Origin: an uncultured Christensenella sp.
GTDB lineage: Bacteria > Bacillota > Clostridia > Christensenellales > UBA1242
Assembly: GCA_949293915.1 (NCBI GenBank)
Contig: CASFFJ010000068.1
Span: 1 to 43,762, forward strand
Length of the DNA: 43,762 bases
Direction: 5' to 3'
In this document: positions 9,061 through 17,712 of the stretch, one piece after another
How the letters are laid out: each line of letters opens with the position of its first letter
How positions within the stretch are numbered: position 1 is the stretch's first letter
Position numbers and translations under genes: made by a program
Notes under the pieces: generated by a model
Databases searched by the model: none
Told to the model about the DNA's origin: nothing
Seen by the model: only the letters and a program-made list of their open reading frames with translations

Positions 9061-10223
9061 CTTAACTCCTTATTTTTAACCGTGGCAGAAATATTTAATT
9101 TCTCTGTCATAATATTAATTTCATCACCAATATTGACATCTTTAATCGGTTCATTATTATGTGTGACAATACTATAACCAGATTTTAGCAATTTAACGGG
9201 ATTTAACTTATCTAGTGTATTCAATGCCATATCTACCCTATATTTAGTATTATCTAGTTTAATTTTTATTGAATTATCAATATTATTTAGAATTGAATTT
9301 ATATATAATGTTTCATCATTTACTAAATTTGTTATTTTATCATTTATTGATAATATATTGATATTTAACTGACTTGATAAATCTTGAAATTTAGCATTTA
9401 AGTTATCGTTATATTCATCTAGTATATTTAAAATATGTCGCCTTAATTCAATATTATCAAAAGTGACAATTTCAGCTGCGCCACTTGGAGTTGGCGCACG
9501 TAAATCAGCCACAAAGTCAATTATTGTAAAATCTGTTTCGTGTCCTATCGCGCTAATAATAGGTTTGTTGCAAATATAAGTTATTCGTGCTAATTCCTCA
9601 TTATTAAATACCGCTAAATCTTCTACACTACCGCCACCGCGTGCTACAATAATCACATCAACATCAGTAAGGTTATCAAAATATGTTATACCATTTATAA
9701 TATCACTAACAGCATTATTACCCTGCACTTGTGCATCATAAACGTATATTTCAAGATTAGGATTACGCCTTAAGCCAATATTTCGAATATCTTGTAAAAC
9801 TGCACCTTTGCTACTTGTCACTACTCCTATCGAGTTTACAAATTTAGGTATAGGAATCTTATGTTCCGCATTAAACAATCCTTCGCTTTCTAACTTTGAT
9901 TTTAATGCTAGGAATTGTTGATATAACTCGCCAATGCCACAATGCTCAATCTTTAATACATTGAGAGATAACTTGCCTGTTTTTGCATAATACTTAATAT
10001 TGCCTACACATTGCACCTTGTCTCCTATTGCAAACTCTTGTTTACAATTAAATTGAATACAATTAAGTATATTATCGTTGTCTTTTAAAGTAAAATATGC
10101 GATACCTCTGCTAACAGAAAAACTGGACAATTCGCCTGTGATAGTAACATCTTCAAAAAGCGTTTCATTGTCAATAATATCTCTAATTAACCTGCTAATT
10201 TCACTAACAGAAAATATTTTCAT
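9054..10223 (-). CDS. xseA: exodeoxyribonuclease VII large subunit
   Basis: N-terminal OB segment (VTITGELSSFSVSRGIAYFTLKD), catalytic core (IGVVTSSKGAVLQD, ARGGGS.EDL, GHETD) and a long coiled-coil tail. Confidence 0.93.
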   Translation of the reverse strand: MKIFSVSEISRLIRDIIDNETLFEDVTITGELSSFSVSRGIAYFTLKDNDNILNCIQFNCKQEFAIGDKVQCVGNIKYYAKTGKLSLNVLKIEHCGIGELYQQFLALKSKLESEGLFNAEHKIPIPKFVNSIGVVTSSKGAVLQDIRNIGLRRNPNLEIYVYDAQVQGNNAVSDIINGITYFDNLTDVDVIIVARGGGSVEDLAVFNNEELARITYICNKPIISAIGHETDFTIIDFVADLRAPTPSGAAEIVTFDNIELRRHILNILDEYNDNLNAKFQDLSSQLNINILSINDKITNLVNDETLYINSILNNIDNSIKIKLDNTKYRVDMALNTLDKLNPVKLLKSGYSIVTHNNEPIKDVNIGDEINIMTEKLNISATVKNKELRC

Positions 10224-10594
10224 TATTTAACTATTCCCGCCAAAAAACCATTAATAAATTTAGGACTTTTTTCAGTTGAATATTTTTTAGCAAGTTCAAC
10301 CGCCTCATTAATTATCACTTCTTTAGGATTTTCTTTGATATAATTCAATTCAATTATTGCTAAAACGATTATACTTAAGTCAATTTTATTAAGGCGTTCG
10401 ATTGTATATCCTTTTAAATTATTACTGATTGTTTGATTAATTTCGTTATAATTTGTAGCAAATGATTTCAAGATATTAGTGACAAATTCTAACGCATCTT
10501 TATCATCTATCTCAATTTCATTATCTATAGAATTGTTAAAAATTTTAGAATAAATAATTTTAAATGCTTCTTCTCTTGCTTCTGACCTTTTCAT
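10223..10594 (-). CDS. nusB: transcription antitermination factor NusB
   Basis: N-terminal KRSEAREEAFKIIY and C-terminal EAVELAKKYS...KFINGFL motifs. SD aaggag is upstream, and the position Asp23-nusB-xseA matches B. subtilis. Confidence 0.9.
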   Translation of the reverse strand: MKRSEAREEAFKIIYSKIFNNSIDNEIEIDDKDALEFVTNILKSFATNYNEINQTISNNLKGYTIERLNKIDLSIIVLAIIELNYIKENPKEVIINEAVELAKKYSTEKSPKFINGFLAGIVK

Positions 10595-10614
10595 ACCGCT
10601 CCTTTATGTAAAGC

Positions 10615-10641
10615 AAAAACTCTCTCTATTTTTTAGAGAGA
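10615..10641 (-). terminator. terminator-like hairpin overlapping the asp23-family stop codon, just upstream of the nusB SD
   Basis: The 7-bp stem tctctct (10621-10627) / agagaga (10635-10641) has a 7-nt loop. On the minus strand it is followed by GUUUUU. Confidence 0.45.
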
Positions 10642-10991
10642 ATTTTTTCACTAGCATCCATAATATGAACATTGATTGCTTTAATCTTAATAGGTAATAA
10701 TGATGTAATGCTATTCTTTACATTATGCTGGATTTTGTACACTACATCATTTACTTCAATGTCTGTTGCAACTACAACGTATATGTCTATAAGTATGCCA
10801 AATTTGGTATATTTTACCCTTACACCTTTACCAATATTTCTATTAAAAATTCGTTTAAGTGAAAGTTTGGTCGGCTGGTAGACATCAATTACACCATCAA
10901 TTTCTTTTGTTGCTAAACTGATGATAGACAAAACCATATTTTTGTTGATTAAAGTTTCACTGCCACCACTATAATTTTTAATCTGTGCCAT
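10626..10991 (-). CDS. Asp23/Gls24 family envelope-stress (alkaline shock) protein
   Basis: 121 aa with the family pattern (IISLATKEIDGV..., VRV...ILIDIYVVV...V...VQHNVK). It occupies the same position as yqhY upstream of nusB in B. subtilis. Confidence 0.85.
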   Translation of the reverse strand: MAQIKNYSGGSETLINKNMVLSIISLATKEIDGVIDVYQPTKLSLKRIFNRNIGKGVRVKYTKFGILIDIYVVVATDIEVNDVVYKIQHNVKNSITSLLPIKIKAINVHIMDASEKILSKK

Positions 10992-11084
10992 AATTACAAA
11001 CCTCTACTGATATAGTATAACACAAAGATTTAATTATAGCAAATATTCTTAAATAAAACTTATTCATTTTATTAAATATTATTT

Positions 11085-11573
11085 CTAAGCGGAAGGTATG
11101 ATAATAATTTTGTCAATCTCTACACCTAATTGTTCAGTAACAATTGAAGTAATTTGTGCAACCTCTGTTTTTGTAAGTTCTTGTGCTTGAATAAATACAT
11201 TTACATTTGCACTAGAAGTAGTGACAATTGCATCAGAGAATCCTTTGCCTCGAATAATGCCTTCTGTAACTAATTCTTTCTCCATTTGAGAAATTAAAGC
11301 CAATTTGTTTTCTTCTGCTTCTTCCTTTGCTTCTTCGCTAGAACTACTACTTGCTAATATTGAATCGTAGAATTGTATTTCTTGTGTTCGAGTTGCTTCA
11401 CGATTTGTCCTATATGTTGTGTAAAAATTTGCACTTGTACCGCTTGTTTCGGTTGAAATTTCGCTCGCAATTGAACTATTTAAAGCGACATTTACATATC
11501 CAGTTATAAGCAATAATGCAATCATAACTGATAAAATAATTATTTTTTTCTTTTTTGATAATGGTTTTTGCAT
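11085..11573 (-). CDS. spoIIIAH: stage III sporulation protein AH
   Basis: Last gene of the spoIIIA cluster. It has an N-terminal TM anchor, an acidic linker and a C-terminal YscJ-like pattern (FSDAIVTTSSANVNVFIQAQELT...QITSIV). The call rests on order plus pattern. Confidence 0.7.
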   Translation of the reverse strand: MQKPLSKKKKIIILSVMIALLLITGYVNVALNSSIASEISTETSGTSANFYTTYRTNREATRTQEIQFYDSILASSSSSEEAKEEAEENKLALISQMEKELVTEGIIRGKGFSDAIVTTSSANVNVFIQAQELTKTEVAQITSIVTEQLGVEIDKIIIIPSA

Positions 11574-11616
11574 AATAAACTCCTTTTTTTAATTTATTTT
11601 TTAATAATATAATAAT

Positions 11617-12063
11617 TTATCCACTTGAAATTATTTCAATATTTGTGTTCGTGATATCAATAACCGCCTCTACTGCTTGTAACACACTCATTTTTACACT
11701 GATATCTTTTACACCCTTTGCTGTAACAACTATTCCTTTGATTGGCGGAAATGTCGATAGATTGATTTTTGAATCTTGAACTTCTGCATTAGACATATCC
11801 AAAGTAATCATAACTTTAACATTTGATACACCTCCAATACTTTCAATAATTTCTTTGAGATTATTTTCTAAATCTTCAACATAAGCTGTTACTGTTAAGT
11901 CGCTTGTGTTTTTTATTGTTGAAGAACTTGTTTTGCCCGTAAAATTTGACATATAAATGAGACCTAATATAACTATGAAGATTATAGCTATGTAAATTTC
12001 TATATGTTTTACTTTTTTTAGTTTGTCCAACCATTTATTAGTTTTAGTTGTTTTTTCATTCAT
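11617..12063 (-). CDS. spoIIIAG: stage III sporulation protein AG
   Basis: Single TM segment followed by GGVSNVKVMITL...PPIKGIVVTAKGV, a typical SpoIIIAG ring-domain pattern. Seventh gene of the cluster. Confidence 0.7.
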   Translation of the reverse strand: MNEKTTKTNKWLDKLKKVKHIEIYIAIIFIVILGLIYMSNFTGKTSSSTIKNTSDLTVTAYVEDLENNLKEIIESIGGVSNVKVMITLDMSNAEVQDSKINLSTFPPIKGIVVTAKGVKDISVKMSVLQAVEAVIDITNTNIEIISSG

Positions 12064-12532
12064 AGAATATTATCACCTCTTCAACCAAATTTGTGTACTC
12101 CTTAATAACCTCAATTATGAATTCATACTTATTTATATGTTGCTTGTCCTTGGAAATTACCAAGTTTTTCAAATTAACTTCGCAAGAATTGTAAGTTAAA
12201 TTGTTGTCGTTTGTAGAATAATTAATTTTAATGTCAATATTGCTAAATCCATTATCATATAATTCAGTTTCTATGTCATCTGCAATCGCTAAAACCTTTT
12301 GATTATTTATATAATTTAATAGTGTTTGATTTAACTCGTAATTAGTGTATTCAAGATTAAAATCACGAGTGGTGTTAAAAAATTTTATAACTGGCATAAT
12401 TATTACCGCTAACACAAATATCCCAAACAAACTTTTGATGAATTTGCTTATACTACCACTAGGAATAATCACATCTATCATCACACCCAACAAAACTATT
12501 CCTAATATACTTAAAATATATTCTGTCATCAT
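12056..12532 (-). CDS. spoIIIAF: stage III sporulation protein AF
   Basis: Two N-terminal TM helices plus a soluble domain. Its position between AE and AG, with overlapping stop/start codons, supports the call. Confidence 0.7.
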   Translation of the reverse strand: MMTEYILSILGIVLLGVMIDVIIPSGSISKFIKSLFGIFVLAVIIMPVIKFFNTTRDFNLEYTNYELNQTLLNYINNQKVLAIADDIETELYDNGFSNIDIKINYSTNDNNLTYNSCEVNLKNLVISKDKQHINKYEFIIEVIKEYTNLVEEVIIFYE

Positions 12533-13743
12533 AGCACCACATTAGAGGTTGTCATAACCAAACCTATTGATATCAAATACATAAATCCTATTGCGATTAT
12601 GCAACTAGAAAGCATTGTGATTGATTTTGAAATAGACATAAGAAAATTGGATGTCTTACTATCGCCCATTGGTTGCAAAATTGCTGATACTAATTTCATT
12701 AACAAACTAAATACCACTATCTCTAATAAAGGTGAAATGATTGTACTAATTATCATAAGCACTCCCACTAAACCTATTGAATTTTTTATTAAAAGCGTAC
12801 TAGATAGTATCAAATCCATCCCATCTGATAAATATCCACCCATTACTGGAACATAACTTTTTATAGTGTATTTCGTTGTTCGAATACTAAGGCTATCAAA
12901 ACTACCTGCACTTATTCCTTGAATAGTAAAAATTGCAAAAAACAATGTAAAAATCAGACCTACTAACCATTTGAATAAACTTGATATAAATGAGTTGAAT
13001 TTATCTAGTTTAACTGAATCACTAATGTTCGATATAATATTAATCACAAAACTAAATGTGAACAATGGTAAAATTATCATCTTAAAAAAGTCAGCAACAT
13101 ATGTAGTAATTATTGCCACAACTGGCTGGTATACGCCCGCGCTTGCACTTGCACCTAATGCAGTCATCAGTGTCAATAATATTGGAAACAATATCTCCAT
13201 TTGACTGGTCATTGAATTGATAGCCTTAGAGCAAATGTTTGCCAAATTAGTAACCATCCCGATGACTAAAATCACCACAGACATAAAGCATACTAGATGG
13301 ATAATATTTGAACTGCTTTTTTCATTGAACTTTGATTTAAAACCATTTAATAAATTACTGATAACACCTATGGCAACAATAAGTGATAAGAGCGGTAAAT
13401 ATTTTGCAATCAATTCAATAAATATAGAGATAATACTAGCGAAAAATGAAGAATAATTTACAGCATTTTCGCCACTAATGATTGAATAAACTTTGTTTCT
13501 TATGTTTGAGATAGAAAAAATATCTGAATTGTTTTCATTGAACTCTATTAAAACTTCGTTAAATTCAGAAAAATCAATGTTGTCTAGTTGTTCAATTATT
13601 GTGCCATTCAGGTCTTCGCTGATAGTTACTATTTCAGTTGTCTCACAAAATGTACCAATAGGAGTAAAAATAGCAAGCAACGAAATTAATATTACCATAC
13701 AAATTATTGTGCATTTATTTGATGAACATTTTTTTAATTTCAT
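12529..13743 (-). CDS. spoIIIAE: stage III sporulation protein AE
   Basis: 404-aa polytopic membrane protein with a signal-like N-terminus. It is the largest member of the cluster, as expected for SpoIIIAE. Confidence 0.85.
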   Translation of the reverse strand: MKLKKCSSNKCTIICMVILISLLAIFTPIGTFCETTEIVTISEDLNGTIIEQLDNIDFSEFNEVLIEFNENNSDIFSISNIRNKVYSIISGENAVNYSSFFASIISIFIELIAKYLPLLSLIVAIGVISNLLNGFKSKFNEKSSSNIIHLVCFMSVVILVIGMVTNLANICSKAINSMTSQMEILFPILLTLMTALGASASAGVYQPVVAIITTYVADFFKMIILPLFTFSFVINIISNISDSVKLDKFNSFISSLFKWLVGLIFTLFFAIFTIQGISAGSFDSLSIRTTKYTIKSYVPVMGGYLSDGMDLILSSTLLIKNSIGLVGVLMIISTIISPLLEIVVFSLLMKLVSAILQPMGDSKTSNFLMSISKSITMLSSCIIAIGFMYLISIGLVMTTSNVVL

Positions 13744-14126
13744 AACAAAGTCACCACCATATCTATTACGGTCGTAATTATTGGCAAAGCCACCATCAAA
13801 ATGATAATTTTACCGCAAAATAGTATTTTGTCTGCAATACTGTTTGCACCCGCATCAACACAAATATTGGCTCCAAATTCTGTAATATATCCAATTGCTA
13901 TTATTTTTAATAAAGGCAGTAAAAGTGATGTCTCAACTCCTGTTTTTTGAAAAATTTTATAGAAAGAAGTAATGACAGATGATACGTTATTTACTGCCAT
14001 TATAATTATTAAAATACTACCAGCAATTGCAATAAGCATAGCAATCTCAGGTTTTGTCTGCTTGACCAACATACTAGCAAAAACTGTAATTAATGCAACT
14101 GCTATGATTTTTAAAATCTCTGTCAT
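13740..14126 (-). CDS. spoIIIAD: stage III sporulation protein AD
   Basis: 128-aa four-helix hydrophobic protein directly after the AC-like gene. Confidence 0.85.
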   Translation of the reverse strand: MTEILKIIAVALITVFASMLVKQTKPEIAMLIAIAGSILIIIMAVNNVSSVITSFYKIFQKTGVETSLLLPLLKIIAIGYITEFGANICVDAGANSIADKILFCGKIIILMVALPIITTVIDMVVTLL

Positions 14127-14140
14127 TACTATTACCTAAT

Positions 14141-14329
14141 TCAAAATACAAACAGCGCTTTAACTGTTTCAAATAAGTCTTGCACCAATCCTACCACCAT
14201 TAGCAAACTGATTATGAGTCCAGCTAGTGTTGTAATTGAAGCAATTTCTTCTTTGCCACAATATTTTAAAATTTGGTTGACAATTGAAGTGATAAACCCT
14301 ATTCCTGCAAGTTTAAAAATAATTTCCAT
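14141..14329 (-). CDS. spoIIIAC: stage III sporulation protein AC
   Basis: 62-aa two-helix hydrophobic protein (MEIIFKLAGIGFITSIVNQILK...). ATG 14329 is preceded by SD aaggagg; the track ORF extends upstream to 14380 without an SD. Confidence 0.85.
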   Translation of the reverse strand: MEIIFKLAGIGFITSIVNQILKYCGKEEIASITTLAGLIISLLMVVGLVQDLFETVKALFVF

Positions 14330-14348
14330 ATTTCCTCCTTTTTCTTTT

Positions 14349-14828
14349 CTAAATGAGTAAAATAGCAAGTCCAACAGCAAACAAAAGTGATAGTTTAATA
14401 ATCATAGGACATAGTCTATCCTTATCATCTTTCGCTTTATTAAGTTTGATATCAATGGTATTTAAGTAGGCTTCAATCTGCCCTATCTCATTTTCTATAT
14501 TGTGCTTGCCTAAATTATTTACAATATCAATTAAATCTGTTTTTTCTTCTTCATCCAAAATTTTAATATTGACTAGTGATAGTTCGTTTGTCTTTAAATA
14601 TTGTTTATAATCTTCAATAAATAAGGCGAATTGTTTTTTGCATTTTGTTTTATTTAAAAATTCTAAAATTTTATCTTGCCTAAACGATATATTAATTTTA
14701 AATTGTGTCAAGAAATTTTTTAAATTAGAATAAAAATCAAACTTGTCTTTAATTTGTTCAGTTACCGCATACGAAATCAGCATAATGACAGATATAAGGA
14801 TAATTATTAGTATCAATTTCATACGCAC
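14349..14828 (-). CDS. spoIIIAB: stage III sporulation protein AB
   Basis: 159 aa with N- and C-terminal TM helices flanking a helical cytoplasmic domain. It is the second gene of the cluster and overlaps the AA stop. Confidence 0.75.
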   Translation of the reverse strand: MRMKLILIIILISVIMLISYAVTEQIKDKFDFYSNLKNFLTQFKINISFRQDKILEFLNKTKCKKQFALFIEDYKQYLKTNELSLVNIKILDEEEKTDLIDIVNNLGKHNIENEIGQIEAYLNTIDIKLNKAKDDKDRLCPMIIKLSLLFAVGLAILLI

Positions 14829-15727
14829 CTACAATAAATGCAATTCAATTTTTCATCATATATATTATTTAACGTTCCAACGCCATCATCTTTTGACAAA
14901 ACAACAAACCGAGAGAACATTTTTTCATTTAAGATATAATCAAAATTTGGTTTTCGTCTTAAATCTTTTAAATCTTTAGCGTGAATTGTTGCGACAACTT
15001 TCACACCTGAATTTATCGCTTCAAGTATAGAATTAATGTCGTTATCAAGGTCAATTTCATCTGTTATAATTATGTCTGGATTCATACTCCTGATGCCATT
15101 TTTGAATGCAAATTTTTTAGTACAATTTGTATATATATCGCAAAAACCACCTAAATCAATATTAGGCTCACCCGACACAACTGATGCTATTTCATTTCGT
15201 TCATCTGCTATAAGTATATTAACTGGTAAATTGTGTTCATTGATTTGATAAATAAAATCACGTAAGAATGTAGTTTTGCCACAACCCGGTGGAGATATAA
15301 TGAGTGTATTTTTAATTTCATCATCAATTAAATACTCGTATGCTGGGAAACTGCAATTTTTTAGAACATGCGGAATTCGAATCTTGCTTGATTGAAAATC
15401 TTTTATTGTGATAATTTTGTCATTATCGCTAACAACTTTACCAGATAGTCCAACTCTAACACCTTTTGGTAGCGTTAAAAAGCCATTGATAATATTGTCG
15501 TTAAAAGCATATAGTGAGTTTTCACTAATTCTTGCTACAAAATTATCTATTGTTGACTTGTTTACAATAATGAATTCATTGTTATCATCCTTTAAATAAT
15601 ATTTTTTATTACCGATGACAACTATTAATTTTTCATTCATACGCATCCTGATTTCAGTAATAGTACTGAAACTGAATGATTTTGTGATTGCTGAATATAT
15701 GTTTGGCTCTAAATAATCTTTTAACAT
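14819..15727 (-). CDS. spoIIIAA: stage III sporulation protein AA (AAA-type ATPase)
   Basis: Walker A ISPPGCGKTT and Walker B IIITDEI. The track start 15763 is a TTG lying inside a U-run/hairpin, so ATG 15727 (MLKDYLEP...) is preferred. The start remains uncertain because no SD is visible. Confidence 0.85.
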   Translation of the reverse strand: MLKDYLEPNIYSAITKSFSFSTITEIRMRMNEKLIVVIGNKKYYLKDDNNEFIIVNKSTIDNFVARISENSLYAFNDNIINGFLTLPKGVRVGLSGKVVSDNDKIITIKDFQSSKIRIPHVLKNCSFPAYEYLIDDEIKNTLIISPPGCGKTTFLRDFIYQINEHNLPVNILIADERNEIASVVSGEPNIDLGGFCDIYTNCTKKFAFKNGIRSMNPDIIITDEIDLDNDINSILEAINSGVKVVATIHAKDLKDLRRKPNFDYILNEKMFSRFVVLSKDDGVGTLNNIYDEKLNCIYCRCV

Positions 15728-15761
15728 ATTAAAAAATATTAAAATTTGATTATAAAAATGC

Positions 15762-15789
15762 AAAAAAAAATCAATACTGCAATAGTATT
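15762..15789 (-). terminator. weak AT-rich terminator-like hairpin downstream of efp
   Basis: On the minus strand: UUAAUACU-AUUGC-AGUAUUGA followed by U9. The stem is short and AT-rich. Confidence 0.45.
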
Positions 15790-15851
15790 AATTTTTCGAT
15801 AATTTTAGCGTTTTTAATATTTTTTATGCTATGAGCAAATGCAACAAATTA

Positions 15852-16430
15852 TTACAATCTTTCCATATATTCGCCAGTACGAGTATCAACACGCACTCTG
15901 TCGCCTTCGTTAACAAATAATGGCACTTGAATAACATAACCTGTCTCAAGAGTTGCAGGTTTGCCACCAGTTTTAACTGTATCACCACGCACACCGGGTT
16001 CAGTTTTTGCAATTGTCAATTCAACAAAGATTGGTGGTTCAATGCTTATTGGTGTACCATTATAAAATTGAACATTGCAATTAGTATTCTCTACAACAAA
16101 ATTCAAAGCCTCCTTAACTGTATCATAGTTAAAAGGAATTTGGTCATAAGTTTCATTGTCCATAAAATAGTACAATCCGCCCTCATTGTATAGATACATC
16201 ATTTCTTTTCTTTCAATTGAAATATCATTAATTTTTTCTGATGGATTATAAGTACGTTCTAATATCTTGCCAGTGATGACATTTTTAATAGTTGTACGAA
16301 CAAAAGCAGCGCCTTTACCTGGCTTAACATGTTGGAAATCCACCACTAAATACAAGCTAGGCTTTTTAGGGTCTGTTGAACTACCATCATCAAAAACAAT
16401 TCCTTTTCTAATATCTCCTGCTGTAATCAT
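15852..16430 (-). CDS. efp: elongation factor P
   Basis: [26 protein letters not shown] with the conserved loop Lys, and C-terminal [22 protein letters not shown]. Confidence 0.95.
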   Translation of the reverse strand: MITAGDIRKGIVFDDGSSTDPKKPSLYLVVDFQHVKPGKGAAFVRTTIKNVITGKILERTYNPSEKINDISIERKEMMYLYNEGGLYYFMDNETYDQIPFNYDTVKEALNFVVENTNCNVQFYNGTPISIEPPIFVELTIAKTEPGVRGDTVKTGGKPATLETGYVIQVPLFVNEGDRVRVDTRTGEYMERL

Positions 16431-16496
16431 AATTTCTCCTTTCTAAAATTTATTATATAATGTATATTAACATATAAATTGTGTTTTGCCAATTGT

Positions 16497-17360
16497 TTAA
16501 CCTAAAAAAACTGACATTTTTGCAAAATTTTCTTTAACATTAATTAATGCTATCGTATCATAGTCGTTATTCAATTTATAAACTGCATCTTTTTTGTTAA
16601 TTTTTAATATTTGTCCATTAAGAATTTTTTTAGTTTGATTTTCATCTAAATCAATTCGTTCAAAGTCTAATAAATCATCGATTGTTATGCAATGATTTAT
16701 AATATTTTCATCTGTCAAATTTGCCATATCAACAGCATTGTCAACTTCAAATTTACCAACCTTTGTGCGCACTAAATTAGTCATAGTAGCATAAGTATTC
16801 AATTTTTGTGCAATATCACGACCTAATGCTCTAATATATGTGCCACTACTGCAACTGACACTGATTTTAAAACGATTAGATGACTCACAAAATTCAATTA
16901 GTTTTATCTCGTATATTTCAACCAATTTGGGTGATAACTCAAAGTCAATATTACGCCTTGCTAAATCATAAGCTCGCACTCCTGATATAGATTTCGCGCT
17001 ATACTGTGGCGGAATTTGATTAATTCTACCGACAAAACTATTTACCACACACTCTAAGTCATTTTTACTAACTTTTGTATTGTCTGTTTTTAAGATATTG
17101 CCAGTCGAATCTAATGTGTCTGTCAATTTATTAAGTTCAAATTCTGCAATGTAAGACTTTTGTTTTTCTTGCATAATATCAAACAATTTTGTAGCACTAC
17201 CAAATGTGACTAACAAAACACCTGTTGCCATAGGGTCAAGCGTACCTAAATGACCAACACGCTTAATTTTAAGCAACTGCCTAATCTTATTGACTACATC
17301 AAAACTCGTCCAGCCTATAGGTTTATTAACAACAATAACACCCTTATTCATTGCTCTCAT
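16497..17360 (-). CDS. truB: tRNA pseudouridine(55) synthase
   Basis: GVIVVNKPIGWTSFDVVNKIR, and GHLGTLDPMATGVLLV with the catalytic Asp. Position downstream of rbfA. Confidence 0.93.
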   Translation of the reverse strand: MRAMNKGVIVVNKPIGWTSFDVVNKIRQLLKIKRVGHLGTLDPMATGVLLVTFGSATKLFDIMQEKQKSYIAEFELNKLTDTLDSTGNILKTDNTKVSKNDLECVVNSFVGRINQIPPQYSAKSISGVRAYDLARRNIDFELSPKLVEIYEIKLIEFCESSNRFKISVSCSSGTYIRALGRDIAQKLNTYATMTNLVRTKVGKFEVDNAVDMANLTDENIINHCITIDDLLDFERIDLDENQTKKILNGQILKINKKDAVYKLNNDYDTIALINVKENFAKMSVFLG

Positions 17361-17712
17361 CCGCTTCAGTTGAATATTTAATATTTTTTAAAATATTTTC
17401 AATCTTGTTGGCATATTCTTCACTATCATCATAAATAAATTCAAGTCTAGGTGTTATACGCAATTTGACACGCTTAGATAATTCCCCACGAATAAATCCA
17501 CCAGCACCTTTAATTTGTGCCAAAACTTCATTTTTATCGGTTTTACCAAAAGATGTTATATAAACGCGCGCGTACTCAAGATTTGGTGTAGTATCAACCC
17601 TACTTACACTAATTATGGCATCAATTTGCGGATCACGAATTTTGTTATCAATTATAAAAGATATTGCTTTTTGCAGTTCACTATTAATGCGTTCCAATCT
17701 AATATTTTTCAT
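17344..17712 (-). CDS. rbfA: ribosome-binding factor A
   Basis: RLERINSELQKAISFII...DPQI...ISVSRVDTTPNLEYARVY and TPRLEFIYD motifs. Confidence 0.9.
   Translation of the reverse strand: MKNIRLERINSELQKAISFIIDNKIRDPQIDAIISVSRVDTTPNLEYARVYITSFGKTDKNEVLAQIKGAGGFIRGELSKRVKLRITPRLEFIYDDSEEYANKIENILKNIKYSTEADESNE

Noticed and set aside
15826-15833. CATAGCAT, resembling a sigma-E type -10 (CATACA-T), with ATAATT 13 nt upstream. This could be the spoIIIA promoter.
   Set aside because: The match is imperfect and I am unsure of the spacing. The element lies upstream of a terminator-like hairpin. I cannot distinguish it from chance in DNA this AT-rich, so the spoIIIA promoter remains unassigned.
15824-16012. 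62-aa ORF overlapping the efp 3' end in another frame.
   Set aside because: It is nested within the well-supported efp gene, and there is no SD or motif.
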